From Candidatus Moraniibacteriota bacterium (GTDB lineage: Bacteria; Patescibacteriota; Minisyncoccia; Moranbacterales; UBA1568), in contig JAGOTT010000002.1 of NCBI GenBank assembly GCA_018061645.1, positions 23,842-87,841 on the forward strand: 64,000 nucleotides of DNA, written 5' to 3'. The notes beneath the pieces are model-generated. The model was not told the DNA's origin. It saw only the letters and a list, made by a program, of their open reading frames with translations, and did no database searches. Made by a program: the position numbers and the translations under genes. Shown piece by piece: positions 17,941-25,375 of the stretch (the stretch's first letter is position 1; each line of letters opens with the position of its first letter).

Positions 17941-18687
17941 ATGAAAAGAAAAAAGCTTGCCATCTTCGATATCGATGGGACGATTTTCCGGAAGAATCTT
18001 CATTTCGAGCTCATCAACGAGCTCTCGTGGCTTGGTGCGTTTCCTGTTTCCGTTCGGAAGAAATTGACGGAAATCTACTCGAATTGGATCGAGCATGAAG
18101 GGACTTATGAGCAGTACCGCCGTGCGATCGTCGATCTGTACTCCGAACATATCCGTGGGTGTACCGAGGATGTCGTCCGTGAAGCGAGCCGCATCGTCGT
18201 TCCGTTCCATATGAAACGGACGTATATCTTTGCCGAGAATCTCATCCGGCGGTTCCGGAAGGAGGGGTATCATATCATCGCCGTATCCGGATCGCCACTG
18301 GAGATCGTCGAGGAATACAACGAGAAATATCTCAAGTTCGATTTCGTGTACGGGAGCGTGTATGAAAAGGATGAGGAAGGAATATACACCGGTGTCGCTT
18401 CATTCGAACCGTCGAAGGATAAGGGATCGATCGTGAAGCAGTACGTGTATGAGCAGGGACTGGATTTCAAGGAGTCGTACGGCATCGGCGACACCGAATC
18501 CGATATCAAGTTTCTCGGACTCGTCGAGTATCCGATCGCGTTCAATCCGAACCAGGGGCTGCTTGCCGCCGCCAAGGAACACGGTTGGCGGGTGGTGGTG
18601 GAGAAGAAGGACGTGGTATATGAAATTGAAAATGGAAAAATCAAAAATAAAAATGACAACACAAAATCAAAAAAACAGAAAGACTGA
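17941..18687 (+). CDS. HAD-superfamily hydrolase (phosphoserine phosphatase-like)
   Basis: LAIFDIDGTIF motif I and later GDTESD motif. Confidence 0.65.
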   Translation: MKRKKLAIFDIDGTIFRKNLHFELINELSWLGAFPVSVRKKLTEIYSNWIEHEGTYEQYRRAIVDLYSEHIRGCTEDVVREASRIVVPFHMKRTYIFAENLIRRFRKEGYHIIAVSGSPLEIVEEYNEKYLKFDFVYGSVYEKDEEGIYTGVASFEPSKDKGSIVKQYVYEQGLDFKESYGIGDTESDIKFLGLVEYPIAFNPNQGLLAAAKEHGWRVVVEKKDVVYEIENGKIKNKNDNTKSKKQKD

Positions 18688-18738
18688 ATGGTTTCAGGAT
18701 ATTTTCCATTTTGATATTTTCATTTTTCATTCCCCGTT

Positions 18739-18846
18739 ATGAACCAATTTCTCGACAATTTCCTGAAATCGACACTGTGGATCTGGCTTCCGTTCTATGC
18801 CTTTTTCGCTCTCCTCAAGCAGGCGGGGGAGAAGCTCCGAAAGTAA
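18739..18846 (+). CDS. possible 35-aa hydrophobic peptide
   Basis: MNQFLDNFLKSTLWIWLPFYAFFALLKQAGEKLRK. Ends at the RBS of the next gene. No homology. Confidence 0.2.
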   Translation: MNQFLDNFLKSTLWIWLPFYAFFALLKQAGEKLRK

Positions 18847-18856
18847 GGATGCATTT

Positions 18857-19258
18857 ATGATACTCTCCTTCTTCCGCGAGAAACACCAAGCGTTGTTCCT
18901 TTTGGTCACGTGGATGTGTGTCATTTTTGTCATGTCATCGTTTCCAGGTTCATCGGTGCGGTATGAAATGTCACTTCCGCTTCTCCTTGAGCGCAAGGGC
19001 GCGCATGTGTTCGAGTTCTTCGTGTTGACCATGCTTGCTTATAACGCGTTCTGCGCGTTTTTCCCGAAGGACCGTTCCGGTTCACTACTCGGGCTCTCCG
19101 GCGCCCTTTCCTTTCTCTACGCGTTTCTCGACGAGACACATCAGATGTTCGTTCCGTTCCGCGAGGGGAAGATTTCCGACATCGGTATCGATGCGATCGG
19201 TATCGCGCTATTCATCGTCGGATATGCTCTCTGGAAGGGATTCCGAAAAACTTCCTGA
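18857..19258 (+). CDS. VanZ-like family membrane protein
   Basis: AFLDETHQMFVPFREGKISDIGIDAIG motif. AAGGA RBS 8 nt upstream of ATG 18857. Confidence 0.5.
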   Translation: MILSFFREKHQALFLLVTWMCVIFVMSSFPGSSVRYEMSLPLLLERKGAHVFEFFVLTMLAYNAFCAFFPKDRSGSLLGLSGALSFLYAFLDETHQMFVPFREGKISDIGIDAIGIALFIVGYALWKGFRKTS

Positions 19259-19281
19259 TTGCAAATCCTGGACGACGAAAT

Positions 19282-19308
19282 AAAAAACTCCCCGGAGGGG
19301 AGTTTTCT
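19282..19308. terminator. bidirectional terminator AACTCCCC-gga-GGGGAGTT flanked by A/T runs
   Basis: Lies between convergent VanZ-like (+) and rplT (-). Confidence 0.5.
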
Positions 19309-19334
19309 TGTATCATGCATCTCCTATCCTCTTC

Positions 19335-19685
19335 TTACATCGTCTTCACCTTCTCGATGAAGGTCTTGAACGCCCCCGGATTCTTCATTGCGAGCTCGGA
19401 GAGGACTTTCCGGTCGAGTTCGATATTCTTCTCCTTCTGAAGCGGAATGAAATCCCGGTATTTGAGGCCGTAAAGACGAAGCGCATTCCCAAGGCGGACG
19501 ATCCAGAGACTCCGGAACGTGCGTTTCTTGTTGTGGCGGTCGCGATATGCGTAAACGCCGGCTTTCATGACGGCTTCTTTCGCTTTCGTGAACAGCTTGC
19601 TTCGACCCCAACGGTAACCCTTGGCGGCTTTCAGGACGTTGTTATGGCGTTTCTTGGTCATCACGCCGCGTTTGACTCTGGTCAT
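19335..19685 (-). CDS. rplT: 50S ribosomal protein L20
   Basis: MTRVKRGVMTKKRHNNVLKAAKGYRWGRSKLFTKAKEA... Confidence 0.9.
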   Translation of the reverse strand: MTRVKRGVMTKKRHNNVLKAAKGYRWGRSKLFTKAKEAVMKAGVYAYRDRHNKKRTFRSLWIVRLGNALRLYGLKYRDFIPLQKEKNIELDRKVLSELAMKNPGAFKTFIEKVKTM

Positions 19686-19789
19686 ACGTTTCTAGATAAA
19701 AATGTAAATCTCAAAATAGAAAATGTTCGTGCGCCGCGAGGCGGCACTCCTCAATTTTTACTTTTGATACTTTCCTTTTGCATTTCCGA

Positions 19790-19987
19790 TTATGCGTACG
19801 GCAATCCTTTCTTGATGTTGTTCTCATCGGCGAGTACCGCGATACCGCGATCGCGCCGTTTCGCGCGGGTCGCGTTGCCGTTGTCACGGGAGTTGTAATG
19901 GTTCTGCCCTGTGGCGCGCCGGGTGATCTTTCCTGATCCGGTGACCTTCACTTTCTTTGACACCGATTTTTTGGTCTTCTGCTTCAT
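19790..19987 (-). CDS. rpmI: 50S ribosomal protein L35
   Basis: MKQKTKKSVSKKVKVTGSGKITRR... Confidence 0.85.
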   Translation of the reverse strand: MKQKTKKSVSKKVKVTGSGKITRRATGQNHYNSRDNGNATRAKRRDRGIAVLADENNIKKGLPYA

Positions 19988-20126
19988 ACGTTATTGAGTT
20001 GGGGACTTTCGGGTTCGAGCATAGTTCGAGGCGCAAGAGAGGAACGCAGTAAGCTGTATGTCGCATACAGCGTCGAGTACCGGATCTTGCAACGAAGAAA
20101 TGTGCCGAACGCGTAAGTCCCAGTGA
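19988..20126 (-). promoter_or_regulatory. structured infC-rpmI spacer (possible L20 autoregulatory leader)
   Basis: Minus strand has a perfect hairpin CTGTATGcgaCATACAG and long-range complementary GGGACTT...AAGTCCC. Confidence 0.3.
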
Positions 20127-20675
20127 TTATTCAGGAATTATGAGGATGCTGAACCCGTTCTGGAACCGCTTCATCTCCTCTTCCACGCGGTAGGGGAGCG
20201 TGAGCGTGGCGAGGAATTCGTGGAGCGTGACTTTCGCTCGGTCCGGCATCGCCTTTTCCCGTCCCCGAAGGAGCACTTCGATCTTCACCTTGTGCCCCTT
20301 CTTGAGGAACTTCTCGGCCTGCTCCTTCTTGAAGGTGAGGTCGTGGGTGTCGGTGCGGAGGCCGAGTCGTACGCCCTTGATGTCGATCTTTTTCTGATTG
20401 CTCTTCGACGCCTGCTCTTTCTTCGTCTGCTGGTACTGGAATTTCCCGTACTCGAGGATCTTGCAGACCGGCGGGCTTGCCTGCGGGGAGACTTCGATCA
20501 GATCAAGATCGTCGGCGTGTGCCTTCGCGATAGCGTCGATAGTCGGCATCTCACCGACCGGTATTCCGTCCGCGCCGATAAGAAAAACCGTCGGAGCAGT
20601 GATCTGCTCGTTGGATCGGAACCGGATGACTACCTGCGGTTTCGGTTTCGGACGATGATGCCTTCTTCGACGCAT
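20127..20675 (-). CDS. infC: translation initiation factor IF-3
   Basis: MRRRRHHRPKPKPQVVIRFRSNEQITAPTVFLIGADGIPVGEM.... The ORF-track upstream extension to 20879 actually covers the tmRNA 3' part. Confidence 0.85.
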   Translation of the reverse strand: MRRRRHHRPKPKPQVVIRFRSNEQITAPTVFLIGADGIPVGEMPTIDAIAKAHADDLDLIEVSPQASPPVCKILEYGKFQYQQTKKEQASKSNQKKIDIKGVRLGLRTDTHDLTFKKEQAEKFLKKGHKVKIEVLLRGREKAMPDRAKVTLHEFLATLTLPYRVEEEMKRFQNGFSILIIPE

Positions 20676-20691
20676 GGTTTCGTGCTTAAAA

Positions 20692-21096
20692 TGTGGAGTT
20701 GATGGGAATCGCACCCATGTCCAAAATGTTTCTTCAAAATAATCTACAAGCTTAGCGTGTCTTGGGTGATACTGAGGGGTAAAAGATACGCGAAATCCCT
20801 TCAGGATCGTTTCTTCGTGCATACGGCTCAAGGCGGGAAAAAACGGAAGTCGCCTCTTGTCGTCCCGATAATATGACACCGAACGTTCCTACCGGGAATC
20901 AGGCGTTCGATGGCTCCGCACTAAACTGAATTAGGCGAGGGCAGGCGCGAAAGAAGGGGCAAACGCTTGCGCGAATGCGTTCTTGGCCTTGGTGATGAAG
21001 TTTGCATTTATCATCGTGGAAGCGAGTTTTTCGATCATACTTCCGAGATCGGCTTGCATATTTTGAATGTGCATCCTGTCGAAACTAGGCAACCCC
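20692..21096 (-). ncRNA. ssrA: tmRNA (ssrA)
   Basis: 5' GGGGTTGCCTAGTTTCGACAGG (canonical tmRNA start). Tag frame GCAAACTTC...GCCTAA = ANFITKAKNAFAQAFAPSFAPALA*. 3' T-arm GGGTGCGATTCCCAT and acceptor CAACTCC pairing with the 5' GGGGUUG. smpB is ~150 nt away on the same strand. Confidence 0.75.
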
Positions 21097-21120
21097 AGAC
21101 ATTGCGGAGCAATGTAATTT

Positions 21121-21240
21121 CTAATAACCAAGCTCCAATTTCCAAACAATGATCAATCACCAAATTGCAAGAACCAAACGGAAACCGATTTGATTTTTGG
21201 AAATTGGAAATTATTTGGAAATTGGAATTTGGTTATTGGT
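21121..21240. repeat. AT-rich palindromic intergenic island (arms ~28 nt: aataaccaagctccaatttccaaacaat / revcomp)
   Basis: The left half is the reverse complement of the right half (ggaaattggaaattatttggaaattggaatttggttattgg). Related islands occur at 1441-1560, 13735-13800, 28441-28500, 46624-46739, 49205-49270 and 54531-54660. Confidence 0.6.
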
Positions 21241-21243
21241 CAT

Positions 21244-21684
21244 TTAATTCAAATGCCTTCGCATTTGAATTTTTGCTTCTCGCTTCTTGATCGTTTCGCG
21301 CTTGTCGTAGGATTTTTTTCCTTTTCCCACGGCGAATTCGAGCTTTATGAGCTGGTTCTTAGTATAGACCCGGATAGGGACGAGTGTCAAGCCTTCTACG
21401 CGTGATTTTCCTATCAATGAGCGGATTTCCGAACGCTTGAGAAGGAGCTTTCTCGGTCTGGCATCCTCGTTCTTGGTATCCTTGTGGGCGTGTTCGTAGC
21501 GTGGAATGAGCGAATTCGTAAGGTAGAGCTCGTTTCCGTGGGTGGTGACGAAGGCGCCTTTCAGGCTGATATGACCTGTTTTCGCCGCCTTTACCTCGTT
21601 TCCGGTCAAAACCAAGCCCGCCTCGTACCGGTCGAGGAGTTCATAATCGAAACTTGCCCGTTTGTTGACAGCGAGTGTTTTCAT
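21244..21684 (-). CDS. smpB: SsrA-binding protein SmpB
   Basis: MKTLAVNKRASFDYELLDRYEAGLVLTGNEVKAAK... Confidence 0.85.
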   Translation of the reverse strand: MKTLAVNKRASFDYELLDRYEAGLVLTGNEVKAAKTGHISLKGAFVTTHGNELYLTNSLIPRYEHAHKDTKNEDARPRKLLLKRSEIRSLIGKSRVEGLTLVPIRVYTKNQLIKLEFAVGKGKKSYDKRETIKKREAKIQMRRHLN

Positions 21685-21762
21685 GACCCAAGTATCGGGT
21701 ATTTCGGAGGAAGTATCAAGGGGACGGCACTTCCAATTTCATTTCGTTTCCGTTAGGATGGA

Positions 21763-23448
21763 TTGGTGAAAGAAATCATTCGGCAGAAAATCGAAGAGGC
21801 AATCCGGGAGCTTCTTGCCCGGGTCGCTGCGCAAAGCGTTGCGGACAGGTCCGAGGATGGATTGCCGGTTTTTGATGTGTCCAGAGTGAAGGACGAACGG
21901 TTCGGGGATTACTCGACCAATGTCGCGATGATTCTTGCCAAGCTGCTCGGGAAGAGCCCGATGGAGATTGCGGAGCTTATCAGTCAACAGATAACAAATA
22001 ACAATCAACAGGGAATCCCTTTTGAAAAGATAGAAGTGGCGAGGCCGGGGTATATCAATTTTTTCCTGTCGCCTCGATATTTTGAGGGTGTGCTCGGGGA
22101 GGTGATCGGGAAAGGGGAGCAGTTCGGAGACTTGGAAATCGGAAAGGGACTGAAGATCGACAACGAGGTCATTTCGGCGAACCCGACCGGTCCGCTCCAT
22201 CTTGGGAACGCGCGCGGCGGATTCTGTGGGGACGCGCTTTCCCGTATCATGCGCAAAGCCGGGTACGACGTGACGAACGAATACTATGTGAACGACGCGG
22301 GTGAGCAGGTGGAAAAGCTTGGACACAGCGTCTTGAAAGATGAAGAAGCGGTGTATGCGGGCGACTATGTTGATGCATTGCATCAACGGTTAACAGTCAA
22401 CAATGAACAAAAAACAGTAAGGGAAGTCGGTGAGCGATCAGCGGAGCATGTTCTTGAGGAAATGATCAAGCCGACGGTGACGGAGAGGATGGGAATTCCG
22501 GTCGATCTGTGGATTTCCGAGAAGCGCGATATCGTGGACGCGGGACTCGTTGACAAAGCGATTGAAACATTGAAGGGCAAGGGGCTGACCTTCGAGAGCG
22601 AAGGGGCGCTCTGGCTCAAGACGACTGCTTTCGGTGACGACAAGGACCGGGTGCTCGTGAAATCGGATGGATCCCGGACGTATTTCGCGTCCGACTGCGG
22701 ATACATCCTTCACAAGAAAGAACGGGGATTTTCCCGGCTCATCCTTATTCTTGGAGCGGATCATCACGGGTATCGGACACGTCTTCAGGCTGCCGCGTCG
22801 GCGCTCGGCTTTGAGGGAACGTATGATATCTCGTTCGTTCAGCTCGTACGGCTCATGAAGGATGGTAAGGAGGTCCGCATGTCCAAGCGTGCGGGAAACG
22901 TGGTGACGATTGACGAGCTCCTTGAAAAGATTCCGGTCGATGTCGCGCGGTTCTTCTTTCTTATGTACTCACCCGATACACACATGAATTTCGACCTCGG
23001 ACTTGCGGAAGAACGATCCGCCAAGAACCCGGTTTACTATGTCCAGTACGCGCACGCGCGTCTCGCAAGCATTCTTCGCAAGGCGGAGGAGGCGGGGCTG
23101 GATTCCCGTTTTCACGGGAATGACAAAGAGAAGGATGGGAATCTGGATTTTTCTCTGCTCGCGCATCCGAAGGAGCGGGCGATTCTCCGGGAGCTCGCGT
23201 TCTTTCCGGAGCTCGTCGAAGAGGCGGCTACGGAGCGCGCGCCGCATAGACTCCCGCAGTACGCGATGCGGCTCGCGGACAAACTCCACTCGTTCTATGA
23301 CGAATGCAAGGTGATCGATCCGGAAAACAGGGAACTTTCGAAGGCGCGCCTCGCGCTCATCTCCGCGACGAAGATTGTCCTCAAAGAAACGCTCGGGCTG
23401 ATGGGTGTCTCGGCTCCGGAGCGGATGGAATCTAATGAGGATAAATGA
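21763..23448 (+). CDS. argS: arginine--tRNA ligase
   Basis: Class I HLGNARGG and KMSKR motifs. Two heptamer-array in-frame insertions (21981-22015; 22384-22425). Confidence 0.9.
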   Translation: MVKEIIRQKIEEAIRELLARVAAQSVADRSEDGLPVFDVSRVKDERFGDYSTNVAMILAKLLGKSPMEIAELISQQITNNNQQGIPFEKIEVARPGYINFFLSPRYFEGVLGEVIGKGEQFGDLEIGKGLKIDNEVISANPTGPLHLGNARGGFCGDALSRIMRKAGYDVTNEYYVNDAGEQVEKLGHSVLKDEEAVYAGDYVDALHQRLTVNNEQKTVREVGERSAEHVLEEMIKPTVTERMGIPVDLWISEKRDIVDAGLVDKAIETLKGKGLTFESEGALWLKTTAFGDDKDRVLVKSDGSRTYFASDCGYILHKKERGFSRLILILGADHHGYRTRLQAAASALGFEGTYDISFVQLVRLMKDGKEVRMSKRAGNVVTIDELLEKIPVDVARFFFLMYSPDTHMNFDLGLAEERSAKNPVYYVQYAHARLASILRKAEEAGLDSRFHGNDKEKDGNLDFSLLAHPKERAILRELAFFPELVEEAATERAPHRLPQYAMRLADKLHSFYDECKVIDPENRELSKARLALISATKIVLKETLGLMGVSAPERMESNEDK

Positions 23449-23492
23449 TGCAGGATGCATGATGCGCGAGGCGGAGATGTAAGATGCAACAG
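23439..23492. repeat. heptad array ATGATGC/AGGATGC/ATGATGC/GCGAGGC/GGAGATG/TAAGATGC beginning GATAAATGATG at the argS stop
   Basis: Same lead-in GATAAATGATG and GATGCA heptads occur at 50803-50839 after atpD. A partial E-element 3' module follows (23491-23522). Confidence 0.55.
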
Positions 23493-23772
23493 GATTCCTC
23501 GGCTGTGTTCGGAATGATAATGAGAGATAATGCGGTGCTAACAGGGAAATAAAAACGGAACCTATGCCGAGAAAACGGGGTCAGGATGAGGAAATCCTTC
23601 TTTTCGCGATGAAGGTCGTGGGACCAGTGGCGGTCTTCTTCATCGCCGCCGCAGTGACGGATCTGACGCATGTCATCTCGTGGGCGTCCTCGGGTCCTAT
23701 CGACTCCGCTCTGTATACCGTTTCTGGTGTCGTCGGCTGGCTGTTTTCTACGTCGTCATTGTGATAAACGAT

Positions 23773-24351
23773 ATGAATCATCCCGAAACGACATTCTTTC
23801 TTGTTCGGCATGGACAGTCGGAAAACAACGTCCTCGGACTTCTTTCTTCCTGGCCGGAGAAGCGCATTTTTCATCTGACGGAAAAAGGAAGGGAGCAAGC
23901 GGTGGTTGCGGCCGAGAAGCTCCAAGGAAAGGAAATAGCGAAGATATACAGCTCTCCTATAACACGGGCACTCGAGACGGCGCGGATCATCTCTGTCGCG
24001 ACCGGTATCGATATCGTCGTCGATGAGCGGCTTCGTGAGACGGATTTCGGTATCTATGACGGTATGTCGCCGAAGGTTCGGACGGCGAAGTATGCGACCG
24101 ATCTCGATCGCATCGATACGGATATCGCGGAGATCGAGGGGTTGCGGCACGAGCGGGAACGGATAAGTGCGTTCCTCGTGGATGTGATGAAAAACGATGT
24201 CGGGAAGAAAATCGTAGTTGTTTCTCACGGCGATCCGCTTGAACTTTTGCATGGAATACTTCTTGGTCAGACGATAGAAGAGAGTCTTCTTGAATGGGCG
24301 CCGGAAAACGCTTCGGTGACGGAGATGATGTTCAATGGAGAGCGTCCATGA
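23773..24351 (+). CDS. histidine phosphatase family protein (phosphoglycerate-mutase-like)
   Basis: FFLVRHGQSENN RHG motif. Start refined to ATG 23773. Confidence 0.65.
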   Translation: MNHPETTFFLVRHGQSENNVLGLLSSWPEKRIFHLTEKGREQAVVAAEKLQGKEIAKIYSSPITRALETARIISVATGIDIVVDERLRETDFGIYDGMSPKVRTAKYATDLDRIDTDIAEIEGLRHERERISAFLVDVMKNDVGKKIVVVSHGDPLELLHGILLGQTIEESLLEWAPENASVTEMMFNGERP

Positions 24352-24623
24352 CCGAGCTTCTACAAAATTTCGACTTCGGTACCGCTGCGCTTGTTTTCGC
24401 GGCGTATCTGGTCATAGACGCGCTCTATGCGCAGTATACGTACGCGGTGGTGAAGAAAAATCCGCTGCAGGCGGCGAATATCGGATTCGTGATGCATTTT
24501 CTCCTCGCCTTCGGCGTCGTCAACTATGTCGGGAATTTCCTCTATGTCGTTCCGCTCGCGCTCGGTTCCTGGCTCGGGACGTATCTTGTCGTACGGAGGG
24601 AAAAGGGCAAGGATATTGCCTGA
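24348..24623 (+). CDS. small membrane protein (2-3 TM)
   Basis: MTELLQNFDFGTAALVFAAYLVIDALY.... ATGA start/stop overlap with the previous gene. Confidence 0.4.
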   Translation: MTELLQNFDFGTAALVFAAYLVIDALYAQYTYAVVKKNPLQAANIGFVMHFLLAFGVVNYVGNFLYVVPLALGSWLGTYLVVRREKGKDIA

Positions 24624-24707
24624 AATGCTGAATTCCGCTACACTTTCCGTACAAATCGAAAGGCGATGACGAGGTTATCACCTCTGAGCTTCGGGAAGAA
24701 ACGATTC

Positions 24708-24776
24708 TGTCATCCTGAGCAAAGCGAAGGATCTCGCAAGAAAGACGAGATTCCTCGATAAACTCGGAATGACAAT
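24708..24776. repeat. E-element copy 1: TGTCATCCTGAGcaaagCGAAGGATCTCG-loop-CGAGATTCCTCGAtaaaCTCGGAATGACAA
   Basis: Outer arms GTCATCCTGAG/CTCGGAATGAC and an inner hairpin. Four further full or partial copies occur (49284-49352, 58567-58616, 23491-23522, 55479-55512). Confidence 0.6.
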
Positions 24777-24960
24777 CGGACTAGACCCCGACGGGTATGC
24801 CCGTAACAGCGTGAAATGAGGCGATAGTCATCATCTTGGTCATTGGGACTTGGTGATCGGTTATTGCGAAGCGAAGGTGGTACCACGTCATCGACGTCCT
24901 TCTCCGTTATTCGGGGCGGGTCGTTTTTTATTGTCAGATGGTTTTATGGTCGGTATGGTT

Positions 24961-25341
24961 ATGGAACAGGAAAGATTTCTCACTCTTAATAAAATTACTG
25001 CTTACAAAAAATCGTTTGCACTTTCAAATGATATCTGGGGTCTTGTCGGGAAGTGGGATGAATTTTCAAAAAGGACGATAGGATCCCAATTTGTACGGGC
25101 TATTGATTCCGTTTCCGCAAACATTGCCGAAGGATTCGGGAGATATGAGAAGAAAGATAAAGTACAATTTTATAGGATAGCGCGTGGGTCCGCATATGAA
25201 TCGCTTGATTGGCTGGAAAAATCAAAAAGAAGAAAGCTTCTTTCTGAAAAAGAATATGGACGCATCTTCTTGATCCTGAAAGAGCTGCCGAAGGATATCA
25301 ATACGTTGATAAAATATACCAATGATCATCTGGCGACCTGA
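24961..25341 (+). CDS. four-helix-bundle protein (23S rRNA intervening-sequence protein / Avd-like family)
   Basis: ITAYKKSFALSNDIWGLV...ANIAEGFGRYEKKDKVQFYRIARGSAYESLDWLE. GC is ~40% against ~58% in the flanks. Start refined to ATG 24961. Confidence 0.6.
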   Translation: MEQERFLTLNKITAYKKSFALSNDIWGLVGKWDEFSKRTIGSQFVRAIDSVSANIAEGFGRYEKKDKVQFYRIARGSAYESLDWLEKSKRRKLLSEKEYGRIFLILKELPKDINTLIKYTNDHLAT

Positions 25342-25375
25342 CCATAAAACAATGTAACTATCTAGCCATACAACT

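Noticed and set aside
19988-20126. RNase P RNA (GAAAGTCC-like motif)
   Set aside because: The region is too short (139 nt) and lacks the P4 consensus.
20127-20879. ORF-track N-terminal extension of infC, and ORF 20931..21149
   Set aside because: Both overlap the tmRNA. The second is the tmRNA tag reading frame.
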